NCBI RefSeq assembly: GCF_001194135.2
Contig: NC_069006.1
Location: forward strand, 4,518,978-4,562,400
Length of the DNA: 43,423 nt
Direction: 5' to 3'
From: Octopus bimaculoides
Lineage: Eukaryota
The notes under the pieces were generated by a model. The model did not search any database, had not been told where the DNA came from, and saw nothing but the letters and a program-made list of their open reading frames with translations. Every line of letters starts with the position of its first letter. Position 1 is the first letter of the stretch. Shown in pieces: positions 1 through 11,955 of this stretch. The position numbers and the translations under genes were made by a program.

Positions 1-1214
1 AAAAACACAGAATGACTCTTTATGTAAATATTTCTTTCATGTCAAAATTGTCATAACACTGGCTGCTACCTCTTCAATGAGATGCCCTCTCTGTTTTATG
101 GTCAGGATAAGATCTCTTTCTCGTTTAGTTTTCAGTTCAATTTTTGCGTTACTTAGTTGTGAGTAGGGCAGGCCTGAAACTGACCTTTTGCGAAGGAATG
201 GCATTGAAGAGGGAGCGAATGGGGACGAAAGGACCTGACAAACAGAACTGATAGAATGATTCTCTTTTACTTGTTTCAGTCATTTGACTGTGGCCATGCT
301 GCAGCACTGCCTTTAGTCAAACAAATTGACTCCATGTCTAACCCATTTTAAGTTGATTGCATTGACCCCAGTGCTCAACTGGTGCTCTATTGACCGCGGC
401 GGTATTTGAACTCAGAATATAAAGATAGAAGAAATACCGTTAGCATTTTGTTTGGCATGCTAAGAATTCTACCAGTTCACTGCCTTTATATTGATTTGAT
501 TAAATTGACAAATATAAATAGCCAAGTGAAATAGAACCATTGTATGTGTTTATTGGTTTAATGACCCTCCCAAGATACTAGATTTTTGTTTTAAATCCCC
601 TCTCCTTCTAATCAAGGTATGTCTTGTGACAATTACAATGGCACTTGCAGTCATATATCATAACTTTGGCAAAGATGCTTGGAGACATCACAATAGTCTG
701 ATGAGTGTACTTATTGACTTTGTGTAGTTAGTTGTCATGGAAACCTTGATCGATTGAACAACAGTTTACTGTTGTTGGGGGTTGCAGTTTGTTGCTTGTC
801 CACAAAATAATAGTTGGTTTCTGGTAATTAATTTTGAACTGGAACCCTCATCGTAACTGACAGAGTGAGTGCCAGTTATTGTTGCATTGGAGAGAGTAAA
901 CTGAATGGAAGAGGTTTTTAAAGTATGAAAAAATGGATGTTGAAATTCCCAGCACCCAGCTGCTTCCTGGCCTTTGATGCTACTTCACTGTAGCTGTGTC
1001 TTGGAAAGAATTTAACCAATATTTTTGGAAGGACATCAGTTTGAGTAAATCTAATAACCAAGTTGTTCAGGATCATTACTGCACTATTAATTTCTGCTGA
1101 ACTAGATTATGTGTAGCCCCTCCCCCTCCTGCTTTAATAAAAACTAATTAACTTTCCTGTATTTTATTTAAGTTCACTCCCTAATTTTTTTTGCATTATG
1201 GTTTCCAGTTTCAG

Positions 1215-1334
1215 ATTAACTGTTGTTGTGGTCAAGAAAAGAATCAATACTCGTCTATTTTCCAAAGCCGGTGTCCAGTGGATGAACCCATTACCAGGAA
1301 CAGTCGTCGATTCTGCTATCGTCCGCAACGAATG
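1215..1334 (+). CDS. piwil1: Piwi-clade Argonaute (PIWIL1-like), internal coding exon (PIWI domain); third-last coding exon
   Basis: Translates (R)LTVVVVKKRINTRLFSKAGVQWMNPLPGTVVDSAIVRNE(W), matching the Piwi motif RLTVIVVKKRVNTRFF...NPLPGTV.D. Acceptor tttcag ends at 1214; donor TG|gtattg at 1335. The phase-2 end joins the exon at 3414 to rebuild the Trp codon. Confidence 0.93.
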
Positions 1335-1664
1335 GTATTGTATACACTTGTTAATCTTTAACTGCCCCCCCTTAAGTCCTGCTAATATTTTAATCATCAC
1401 TCATTTAGAATATCTTTGTAGAATTTAAACCTAGACACAGGTATGGCTGTGTGGTTTAGAAGTTTGCTTCACGACACTGTGTGGCTTTGGGTTTAGCCCC
1501 ACTGTGGGGCACTTCAATCCCATGACTTTTTTTTAATTAGGTAAGTGGGTTGCACTGATGGTAATCATCTCTGCCGAGATCAGCAACTACCACACAACAA
1601 TGGTTCAACATATATCTACGTCAGCCGCTCTAAAGCAGGCACTGTTTATTTATGTAAACTATTA

Positions 1665-2150
1665 TCACTGGCATAGCTGGATGTGACTGCAAATTCCATG
1701 AAGAACCGGAAGAATTTGGTGAACGTGTACGAATTTGGTAGGAAGCCATGGTAGTGTAACCACCAAGGCTGCTTCTTTGATACCATCATGGTGATGAAGT
1801 CTTGAAGTGAGTTGGAAATATTGAAATGAAGAGTCTAACAAACCTACCAAATTCCTTGAAATTTGCACGGTGCCCTCTATTGTTGATTCTGTGATTGATA
1901 GTGGATATTTATATCACCAGGTACAAGATTGCAGCAGATAGGGCTGTGTGTATTTTCATCATCTGATTCAAAGCGAGTACACAGCAGCGCATGTAGATTA
2001 ACGTTGACCGATGTTATGGGGTTAAGCAAGTATCACCTGTTGCAGCCCTGTGATATCCAAAGTGTCGTAAGGGACTTTGCTAGACAGAAACTGGCAGAAG
2101 CATCCGGTACATTCTATAAATCGGTTGATGGGGAGGGGCGCCCAGGATGG
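1665..2150 (-). mobile_element. Possible highly decayed CR1/L2-like LINE fragment (endonuclease C-terminus and linker) in a piwi intron
   Basis: Weak motif echoes across frameshifts: TLDITGLQQVI, HALLCT, SPI, HRANFKEF, LPW. No intact motif. Confidence 0.3.
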
Positions 2151-2899
2151 ATGTTACAAATATGTTGGTGTCGTTTAATGTACATTTTCCATGCTGGCAT
2201 GGGTTGGATGCTTCGACAGGAGCTGGTGAGCTTGAGGATTGCGCCAAGCTCTACTGTCTGCTTTAACATGGTTTCCACAACTGGATACCCTTCCTAACTC
2301 GAATCACTTCACTGTGTACTGGGTACTTACGCTGCACCAACACTAGGGATGTCACCAAGTAACTTGCAAGCAAAGGAGACCTCAACTGAGAGGGGTATAT
2401 TGTCGAGGGAGGTGGTTGTGTGCTGGGTGAGGAGAGGTTGTAATAGAGCGACACAAACAAGTGTCTTGCTGTAGAGGAGATACATGTCTACTCCACTCAG
2501 GGGGAGAGAGATGATGATGGTGGCGATGTGCAGGGCATACCCTCAAGGTACAGGGAAGTGAATATAAGTTGAGTGGGACAAAGGATTCATTATATGTGGA
2601 TTTGCATGAAGAGAATGAATCAGTCACATCAACTCCAGTACTTAATTTTATCAACTCCCAAAAGGATGAAAGGTAACGATAACCTCGGCGGGATATGAAC
2701 ATAAAAGAGCGGGAAAGAATGTTGTCGAGCATTTTGTTCTACGCGCTAATGATTCTGCCAGCTTGCCACTTTGTTATCCCTCTTCAAATAGGGTTAATTC
2801 AGACCATTGTAAAAAAATCACATTTTACATTTGATTGAGTAATGTAAACGTTAATTGTTTGAAATGTTTTTCTTTTTTTTTTTTCTCTCCTTTCAAATT

Positions 2900-3322
2900 T
2901 TGGCACAGAGCCAGCAAGTTTGTGGTAGGGGTGAATTGATTGTAGTTCACATTGACTCTACTACACAACTGGTACTTATTTTATCAACTCTGGAAAGACA
3001 AAAGACAGAGTTGAACTCTGAGCATGAAGACAGATGAAATGTTGCTAAGCATTTCGCCCAGCCTGCTAATTCTTCTGCCAACTCGCTACCATCTTGTATC
3101 TATTAATTTTGGTTTCAAATTTTGGCACAATGCTAGCAAATTTAGGGAATGTGTTGGGTGGGGGTGTAAATCAATCACATCGACCTCAGTATTCAGCTGG
3201 TACTTATTTTATCACCTGGAAGGACAAAAAGCGAAGTCAACCTCAGTGGAGACTGAACTCAGGACGTAGAGACGGACGAAGTGCTGCTAAGCATTTTGCC
3301 TGGCATGCTAACGATTCTGCCA
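2900..3322 (-). mobile_element. Two tandem copies of the abundant GGCAGAATCGTTAGC/GTTCAAATTCCGCCGAGGTCGAC SINE family
   Basis: Same core as 11450-11660; other copies near 352, 2713, 6512, 7490 and 13520. Confidence 0.7.
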
Positions 3323-3413
3323 TTGTAAACCAAAAAAAAAAATCCAATTTTTAAAAACATTTTCATAGTAAAGGACTAAATATTTTACTGTTGTTTCTAC
3401 TTGTGTTTTGCAG

Positions 3414-3561
3414 GTATGATTTCTTCATAGTGTCCCAAAGTGTGCGTCAGGGTACAGTATCTCCAACACATTATAATGTCATCTACGACACATCAGGCTT
3501 AAAACCAGATCATATTCAGAAGTTGACCTACAAAATGTGCCATTTATATTATAACTGGCCG
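3414..3561 (+). CDS. piwil1: PIWIL1-like, penultimate coding exon
   Basis: ttttgcag|G TAT GAT... encodes (W)[49 protein letters not shown]; donor CCG|gtatgt at 3562. CHLYYNW is the Piwi-clade form (Ago clade has CHTY.RC). Confidence 0.97.
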
Positions 3562-4489
3562 GTATGTATCTATTTCTATCTCTCTCTCTTTATGTTCATG
3601 TTAATATACATATTGCTGTGTGTGTGTAGGTGCAGGTGTGGCTGTGTAGTAAGAAGTTTGCTTCTCAATTACTTATGTCTTCTACTAAATAGCCTCAGTT
3701 TAACCAATGCCTTGTGAGTGGATTTGGTTGACAGAAACTGAAAGAAGCTCAGTGCACACTCTGCATGTGTGTTCATGTTCCGCACCACTGCCTGTAGAAC
3801 AAGAGCTAGGCTTAAAATGTAAGTACTGGTGTCAATTTGCTCTTCAAGGTGGTGCTCAGCATGGCTGCAGTCCAATGATTGAAACAAGTAAAGGATAAAA
3901 TATATACCGATGTGACTGTGGTTATGTTAGCATTCTACCCACATGGTTTCAGGTTCAGTCCCACTATGTAGAACTTTGGAAAAGTATCTTCTGCTCAAGT
4001 TCTGAGCTGACCGAGGTTTTCTAAGTAGAGTTTGGTTGACGGAAACTGAAAGAAGCTTGTGTGTGTGTGTCCTTGTCTTGATATTGCATGATGTTTGTTG
4101 AAAGCAATGTCTCTTGTTTCCAGTCTTCTGTGAAAACTTAACAGAACTATAGGGGTAACATTGACCTTACTTGGAAATAGGGTCACCTAGAGGAAGGGCT
4201 TTTGGCCATAGAAAATCCTTCTCAGTAAATTCTGCTTAAGCAATGCAAGCATGAAAATTACATGTTTGATGTTGATCATTATCAATTTAACCTCCACTTT
4301 TCTAAGCTTGCATGGGTCAGACGAAATTTATTGAGGCAGATTCTACTACTGCTGGATGCTCTTCCTGTCATCAACACCTGTTTCCAAGCAGGGCGGTATT
4401 TCTCCATGGCCAGATATGTTTCCACAGAACGCTGCAAATGAATGACGCCATTGACATGACAATGACACTTGTTTGCAAATATTGCGTGA

Positions 4490-4798
<309 letters not shown>

Positions 4799-5110
4799 TG
4801 CAGAGGCCTTCATAAAAGTCAACTAATTTCCATACTCATTGATTTTCACTGCATATGAAACCTTTCAGGGCAAGTTGCTTCAAGTTGAACTGTTATCAAA
4901 GCCCAAAGACAAAGCAGTCATTTGTGGCTATTCCACATTTCTGATATTTGACGCAGATTCGATAGGACCTGCAGTCATTTAGCCGTAGAAGGGTTTTTTT
5001 TTTTTGGATAGGCAAAAAAAAATATTTTCATACTTTTTTTTTCTTGTTTTTTTTTTTAATTATTAAAAGCAAAATTTTTTCATAAAAGAAATTGTTTTGT
5101 TAATTTTTTT
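4799..5110 (+). other. Probable piwil1 3' UTR (3' end undetermined)
   Basis: Follows the stop codon; long U-rich tracts at about 4995-5110; ATTAAA at 5062-5067; next AATAAA at 5423-5428 lies inside a MITE. Confidence 0.45.
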
Positions 5111-5243
5111 CTCAAAATATACATACTGTATTTACTTTCTTATAAGGACACAACCCTACGATATTTTGTAGAAAGCAAATTTAGTATAGAAGTAGAAAAT
5201 GAATGAAAGAGAAATAAGGAAAGCTTCTAACAATATAGAAAGT

Positions 5244-5471
5244 TTAACTTTATAGCATTGAAATCGCCCCTATCTAGCCCAAATATTCTACCAGTGTTAA
5301 TGTTCAAACCGGCCAGATCTGGCCTCTGGCACCTACCCTACAGTATCATTCTAAAAATAACAATTATCATTATTGAAATCTCAAAATTATGAGGTAAGGC
5401 ATGATTAATTCAAAACTGTGTGAATAAATATGCATTATATTTGATAAAGTAATCTGAATGCTAAATGTTAA
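5244..5471. mobile_element. Second, more decayed copy of the TTAA-flanked MITE family, just downstream of or inside the piwi 3' UTR
   Basis: TTAA at 5244 and 5468; TAGCATT/AATGCTA inverted subterminal motif; ATGATTAATTCAAAA block shared with 8321-8335. Confidence 0.55.
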
Positions 5472-5962
5472 AAAAGAAAAAAGCTATATTTTGGGTTCAA
5501 AGGTTTATCTTCAGTACACGGGTGGGATGCCGCATGTACCTTTGCCGAAGGACAAGATGCTGGAAACATGTACAGAAATTAAAATTTAATCTCCTTAAAT
5601 TTTAGTGCCAAATTGGTAAATTGGACATTAAACCATGTAGGTAGGGATGTTATTTTTTTTTTAGATATACTTTTGTCCTTCGACATCCTGTCTGCACAAG
5701 TTATCTTCAGATGGATACAAAGAAATGTGTGTTTACCTAGAGAGTCTGCCATTTTGGATAGCCCAGCATTTCAGTTACCAGCAGTAGCAACTCCCCATAT
5801 GTTGATGTAGGTTGTGTCAGAGGTCACATCGGAGATCTAGTACATTCTCTCATGATACTGATTGAAAGATATTTTCAAGTGGTTTTGTAGAAGAACGAAA
5901 AATGTAGGATTCTGTGCATGGAGATTGAACTATTCTCGTATACTGTCACAACATTCTGTGGT

Positions 5963-6250
5963 TAGAACGTTCGGCTCACAATCATGAGGTAGTGACCTCA
6001 ATTCCCAGACCGGGCTGTGTGTTGTGTTTTTGACCAAGACTCTTTATTTCACATTGCTCCAGTTCCACTCATCTCTAGAAATGTGTTGTGGTGTCACTGG
6101 TGCCAAGCTGTATCGGCCTTCGCCTTTCCCTTGGATAACATTAGTGGCACGGAGAGGGGGCCTCCCTGGTATGCATGAGTGCTTAGAAGGGAACTTTCTA
6201 GGTGCAATCCCATGGTCATTTATGACTGAAGGGGGTCTTTACTTTGTACC
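5963..6250 (+). mobile_element. tRNA-derived SINE, related head with a third tail type
   Basis: GTTAGAACGTTCGGCTCACAATCATGAGGTAGTGACCTCAATTCCCAGACCGGGC head; tail GGAACTTTCTAGGTGCAATCCCATGGTCATT recurs at about 29650-29710. Confidence 0.6.
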
Positions 6251-6959
6251 AGAATAATGTATGAAACCATAAATTCATATAAACTACAATATGGGGGGTA
6301 CTGTACTTTCTTCTTTCAGTTCATCTTGTGTAGTCGTGAAACTTGTATTTCAGCCTACAATGTTTAATGTATCAGTCATGTGACAGGGTAGCACCCCTCT
6401 GCTATGGTTTTGTTGTCATCCTCTTATTCCAGGGAGTTAACTGCTGGATGGAGCCCATGGTAGCCACATTAGATGCAGGAAAATTTTTTTTGATACATTT
6501 CAAAATATTTGTTTCAAATTTTGGCACAAGGCCAGCAGGCTTGGGGAGGATCTCTGTTAATTGTATCAACCCAATGTTCAACTGGTAGTAATTTTTATCA
6601 ATCTCGAAAGGATGAAAGACTAAGTGGACTGGAGGAGAATTTGAATTCAAAATGTAAATCTGGATGAAATGCCACTGACCATTTTGCCCAGCATACTAAC
6701 AATTCTGCCAGCTCGCCAACTGAATACATTTAAAACTATTAAAATCCTGTTCTTAACTGCTGGCAAATATGGTATGTTATTACCTCAACATGTCTCTGTC
6801 ACCATCTGTGTAATTCATTTGTAATTCTCTATGAAAACTTGTCCAGCCTGTATATGCTGTCGATGTTTGAAAGGCTAAGGGAATTTGTTACCATTTTTGG
6901 AAATGTAAAGGGCTCACCATTCGAACGTGATCGTTACCTGCGTCAACTTACTGGCACGT

Positions 6960-7255
6960 GAGAAAACATTCGAGCGAGGTCGTTGCCAGTGCCACTGGAC
7001 TGGCTCCTGTGCAGGTGGCACGTAAAGAACACCACTTAAGTGTTGCCAGTACCGCTTGACTGGCCCTCGTGCTGGTGGCACGTAAAAGCACCCACTACAC
7101 TTGGAGTGGTTGGCGTTGGGAAGGGCATCCAGCTGTAGAAGCTCTACCAGCTCAGATTGGAGCCTGGTGCAGCCGTCTGGTTCACCAGTCCTCAGTCAAA
7201 TCATCCAACCCATGCTAGCATGGAAAGCAGACGTTAAATGATGATGATGAGGATG
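6960..7255 (+). mobile_element. Short retroposon ending in GGAAGGGCATCCAGCTGTAGAA...CCAACCCATGCTAGCATGGAAAGCAGACGTTAAA(TGA)n
   Basis: Same tail at 19800-19945 (-), 20410-20615 (+), 34455-34725 (+) and 2180-2350 (-). Confidence 0.75.
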
Positions 7256-7963
7256 ATCCAACCATGGAAAGCCATCTGATGGTTCCACATTTGCATGAAT
7301 TATCACTAGAAGTACCAATATTTCTTAACTTCTGACAAGCACCATATCAGTGATTTATTTTAAATGTAGACTAATGGAGTGAATAAAGGATTTGAAAATA
7401 CAGTCGTTTAGCATTTATTGAAAAAATATACATGCGTAAAAAAAATATAGATATAGATATATGAAATAATACTCCTGATTGCTCATTCAATATAGTTGTA
7501 GAAATTAAATTCTGCCAAGGTTGACTTTGCCTTTCATTCTTTCGGGGTCGATAAATTAAGTGCCAGTTGCATACTGGGGTTGATCTAATCAACTGGCCCC
7601 TCCTCGAAAGTTTCGAGCCTTGTGCCTAGAGTAGAAAAGAAAAGCGTTGTAGAAATTAAAAAGTAAAAGCAGTAGTGGACTATTGCTCGGTAAGTTTTAG
7701 TGTTTAAACTTTCATTTTCTGAGTCACAAAAAGGGCAAGATTGAGTGCCTGGCATTTGGAATGTCAAGAGGCACTCAGTCACCATCTTTTGCCAGGTGGG
7801 CAATGTGTTTTGTGGACATTCCATTCTTGTGATACATACTGGGATGATGTTTTCAAGTAAACTCTGGAGACCAACACTGACAAATTTCCTATTCGATTCT
7901 GGAGGGCTTGCAGGATGAAAATTGAAAACTTTCAGAAATCATTTGACCTACAGGAAGTAGCAC

Positions 7964-8387
7964 TTAACCCTTTAGTGTTTAAACCAACCATATCCGGCTC
8001 AAATATTCCAGCTGTCTTCTGTTCAAACTTCAACAGCACACACACAGGCTGGACATATTTTCATAGAGAATTACAAATGAATTACACAGATGGTGACATA
8101 CAGAGAGACATGTTGTATTGAAGTGATAACATACCATATTTGCCAGGAGATAAGTCAGGATTTAAATGTATTCAGTTGGCAGAATTGGGTTAGCGTTCTG
8201 GGGAAAATGCTCAGCTGTATTTCATCCATACTTATATTCTGAATTCAAAATCTGCTGGAGTCCACTTGTCATTCTAAAACTGAAACACACCATCAAAGCC
8301 TCAAAGCAACAAGATAATGTATGATTAATTCAAAATATGTATAAATAAGCATTACATCTGACACTCATCTGAGTGCAAAAGGGTTAA
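7964..8387. mobile_element. piggyBac-like MITE (TTAA-CCCTTT...AAAGGG-TTAA) with a SINE fragment nested at about 8175-8270
   Basis: TTAA at 7964-7967 and 8384-8387 flank inverted CCCTTT/AAAGGG termini; internal sequence shared with 5244-5471. Confidence 0.7.
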
Positions 8388-8555
8388 ACCATCCTCAGAC
8401 TATCAAGTGTGTGTATATTTATATATATGTGAGTGATAATTCATCTGACTCGTGCAAACTTAGGAAAGTAGATTTGAAAATGATGTGCATTTATTATTAT
8501 ATATCCTTGTGTCCCTACTGTCTCTAGTATACCAAATGCTTTTCTCCAGTGTGTA

Positions 8556-8590
<35 letters not shown>

Positions 8591-8684
8591 GATACAGAAA
8601 TAAATTTATTTCTCAAACGCGTGATAATGCTATAAATAGCGTGATCAGGATAAATTATCCATTTATTGCAGAAAAATACGTTAC

Positions 8685-8758
8685 TGGCCAGCCATGAGAC
8701 TCGAACTCACATCTCTGTGATTACGCGTCAAGTGTTTTACCATTAAACTAAACTGTCC
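8685..8758 (-). pseudogene. tRNA-Thr(CGT)-like sequence inside a small element (about 8590-8818) flanked by (TA)n; probably non-functional
   Basis: D-stem GTTT/AAAC, T-arm GTGAG-TTCGAGT-CTCAT, loop CGCGTAA. Acceptor stem has an A.G mismatch and two T.G pairs; anticodon stem is bulged. Confidence 0.5.
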
Positions 8759-9944
8759 AACAATGAATTCTTCTGCAATTTTACGCTTCTAAAAAAGAAC
8801 AAACTTTGTTTCTTTAATATATATATATATGTATATATAAAATGTGTGTGTGTGTGTATTTGTCTCTGGGAAACCTTGTCAGAAGTGATGGCAATCAAGC
8901 GATTGACGTGAAGTTAGAAGATAAGGTAACATGACTAAACATGTAAACTTGGAATTGATAGTGTGGCATTAGAACTCCCAGTCATCATTGAAATAGTTTG
9001 CTCTCCACAGGAAGCTTCCAATACAGCAGAGGAAAGACAAACGATGCCTCTAGGGGTCAACAGTCACAAATAGTTTTACTCATAAGGACAATAATACTTC
9101 CATCTGAGTTGCTCATTGGGCATTGGATTGACTAAATTCTTGGATTATTACACAATGCACGATGTTCCTAAATTATCTTTATAGTTTCCACAATTTATTG
9201 TACCATCCAGATGTGTGGCACTCATCCAATGGAATCCACGTGGAAGTGTTCCAATGTTTGTAATCTTTTATCTTTTTTTTTTACTTGTTTGTCATTTGAC
9301 TGTGGCCATGCTGGGACACCAACTTGAAGAATTTTTAGTTGAATGATTTGACCCTCGTACTTTTTCCCTTTTTTTTTTTTGACAAAGAGCTAAGTTAGAG
9401 GGACGTAAACACATCATCAGTTGTCAAGCAGTGGTGGGGACAAATACAGGCAGAAAGACACATACATATATATATTATTTATATATATATATATATATTT
9501 ATATTATTTATATTATTATATGATCGAACGCCACACATATTTTTCCAAGTAAGTTTTATCTTAATAATTCCGATGCACACTCTTCTACTATCTCTTCTCT
9601 GTCTATCTCTCTCCCTCTCTTGTTCTTCATCCTTTCTGTTTTTCTCTCCCACCCTTCTCTTCCCTATTCTTCTCTCCCTTTCGCCGTTCCCTCTCTCTCA
9701 CTCTTCCTCCTTGACTCTCTCGTCGCTGACACGTGATGAAAGGGGATCTCTCTCTCTCTGTCCACTGCCTTCCTAAAGAAAAGACGTGCTTTTTTCTGTC
9801 TCCTCTCATAGCTCGTCCTCCTAGCGTTCATAATAATTTTTCTTTCGCCTTGGCTTAACAGCCCTCACCGTTTGTTTTTACTGTCTTGTTCTCACTGTCC
9901 TGTTCTTGGTAACACTTTAACCCTCCACAAAAAATCCCAAATTT

Positions 9945-10350
9945 TATTTGCCTTGCATTCAAATATGATTTCCCCTTTCACTAATTATCAATGAGGTTTA
10001 ATAGATAAAAATATGTCCATGATTTTTGCCTTGCATTCAAATATGTTGTCCAAGTGTAAAAATGAACTTGAAAAATAAGCTTTAATTATTTGAAATTATC
10101 TCCCCTCTTCTTTCACAGTTGATGTGGTGTTACAAACAGAAACACGTTCATAGGTTGTCCCCTCGCTTGCAAATAATTTTTCTTTTCCCTAAATGTATAA
10201 ATTAACTTGGATAAATATTCTTAATTATTTGAAATTATATCCCTTTTTAACAGTTGAGATCTAATACACCGAAACATGTCCATAGTTGTCTCCCTTGTCT
10301 GCAACTATCAGGCTGTCCTTTCCCCAAATACAAAAATTAACATAGAAAAG
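9945..10350. repeat. Diverged tandem duplications: TTTGCCTTGCATTCAAATATG twice and a 139-bp unit twice
   Basis: TTAATTATTTGAAATTAT at 10082 and 10221, with parallel downstream blocks (ACAGTTGA, GAAACA.GT.CATAG, TTGTC.CC.T). Confidence 0.7.
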
Positions 10351-10734
10351 AAAATCCTGGCAGATAAGTTGCACTTTAAAAATGTCTGAAAAAGAAAACC
10401 CACTCTGGGTCCCATATACTTCAATGCACTAAAACCATTGAATATTAGCTGCTGAAATATTCAATGTATCCATGGAATCTGAAATTATTTCTCCTTCCTT
10501 TAACTGTTGCTTCTTTTTCGTATTTCTATTCAGAAAAGAAAAGGAAACATTTTAGTGCTTTTCGCACGTTGCAGTCTGAGGCTGCGATCAATCTGGGGCT
10601 GCTTGCAGCTTAGGTGACCATGGTAACCCTGGATCTGTGGTGTTCCTTGTTTGGTTCTAGTTGGTCTTTCTCTTGAATCAGGAGGACAGCATCATTCATG
10701 TTATCACATACTTTGTCTACCATTCTTTTTCTCT

Positions 10735-10950
10735 TTTACTCTTTTACTTGGTTCAGTCATTTGACTGCGGCCATGCTGGAGCACCGCCTTTAGTCGAGCA
10801 AATCGACCCCCAGGATTTATTCTTTGGAAGCCTAGTACTTATTCTCTCGGTCCCTTTTTGCCGAACCGCTAAGTTATGGGGACGTAAAGACACCAGCATC
10901 GGTTGTCAAGCGATGTTGGGTGGGGGACAAACACAGACACACAAACATAT

Positions 10951-10960
<10 letters not shown>
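10735..10960 (-). mobile_element. SINE family with tail GCATGGCCGCAGTCAAATGACTGAA..AAGTAAAAGAG (3' half)
   Basis: Near-identical to 27095-27300 (-) and 29380-29565 (+); older copies near 262, 3628-3900, 9270, 20750-21115 and 30030-30420. Confidence 0.8.
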
Positions 10961-10985
<25 letters not shown>

Positions 10986-11276
10986 NNNNNNNNNNNNNNN
11001 NNNNNNNNNNNNNNNNNNNNNNNNNNNNNNNNNNNNNNNNNNNNNNNNNNNNNNNNNNNNNNNNNNNNNNNNNNNNNNNNNNNNNNNNNNNNNNNNNNNN
11101 NNNNNNNNNNNNNNNNNNNNNNNNNNNNNNNNNNNNNNNNNNNNNNNNNNNNNNNNNNNNNNNNNNNNNNNNNNNNNNNNNNNNNNNNNNNNNNNNNNNN
11201 NNNNNNNNNNNNNNNNNNNNNNNNNNNNNNNNNNNNNNNNNNNNNNNNNNNNNNNNNNNNNNNNNNNNNNNNNNNN

Positions 11277-11652
11277 TGAGTTCAAATTCCGTCGAGGTCG
11301 ACTTTGCCTTTTATTCTTTCGAGGTCGATAAATTAAGTACCAGTGGAACACTGGGGTCGATATAATCGACTTAATCTCTTCCTCCAAATTCGAGGCCTTG
11401 TGCTTCCAGTAGAAAGGATTGTTGTTATTGTTGTTGTTATTATTATTTAAAGTGGCGAGTTGGCAGAATCCTTAGCACACTGGGTGAAATGCTTAGCCTG
11501 TCGCTACATTCTGAGTTCAAATTCCGCCAAGGTCGACTTTGCCTTTCATCCTTTCAGGGTCGATAAATTAAGTACCAGTGAAACACTGGGGTCGATGAAA
11601 TCGAATTTATTCCCTCCCCCAAATTGCTGCCCTTGAGGCAAAATTTTAAACC

Positions 11653-11686
<34 letters not shown>

Positions 11687-11955
11687 TTATTGTTATCATT
11701 ATTATTATTGGCTTCAGATTTTGGCACAAGGCCAGCAATTTCGGGGGATGGAGTAAGTCGATTACATCAACTGGCACTTATATTTTATCGACCCCAATAA
11801 GATGAACGGCAAAAATCCCACCGAGGTCGACTTTACCTTTCATCCTTTCGAGGTCGATAAAATAAGTACCAGTTATGCACTGGGGTCAATGTAATCGATG
11901 AGTCCTCTCCCCCCAAAATTTCAGGCCTTGTGCCTATAGTAGAAAGGATTATTAT
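11277..11955. mobile_element. Cluster of four copies of the GGCAGAATC/GGTCGAC SINE family joined by (ATT)n tails
   Basis: Core GAGTTCAAATTCCG.C.AGGTCGACTTTGCCTTTCATCCTTTC.GGGTCGATAAATTAAGTACCAGT at 11278, 11513 and 11822 (+); one inverted partial copy at about 11712-11815. Confidence 0.8.

Noticed and set aside
698-760. CTGATGA...GAAAC as a hammerhead
   Set aside because: Stems II and III do not pair.
933-950. Minus-strand GNFNIH resembling the LINE endonuclease GDFN motif
   Set aside because: A single short imperfect motif without supporting neighbours.
1198-1428. ORF 1198-1428 as a stand-alone gene, and likewise the starts of ORFs 3391 and 4559
   Set aside because: Only the internal parts match Piwi and they are bounded by splice sites; the flanks are intron read-through.
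5545-5578. GAAACATGTA with palindromic ACATGT as a hammerhead
   Set aside because: Upstream core reads CCGAAGG (two conserved positions wrong) and stem II is incomplete.
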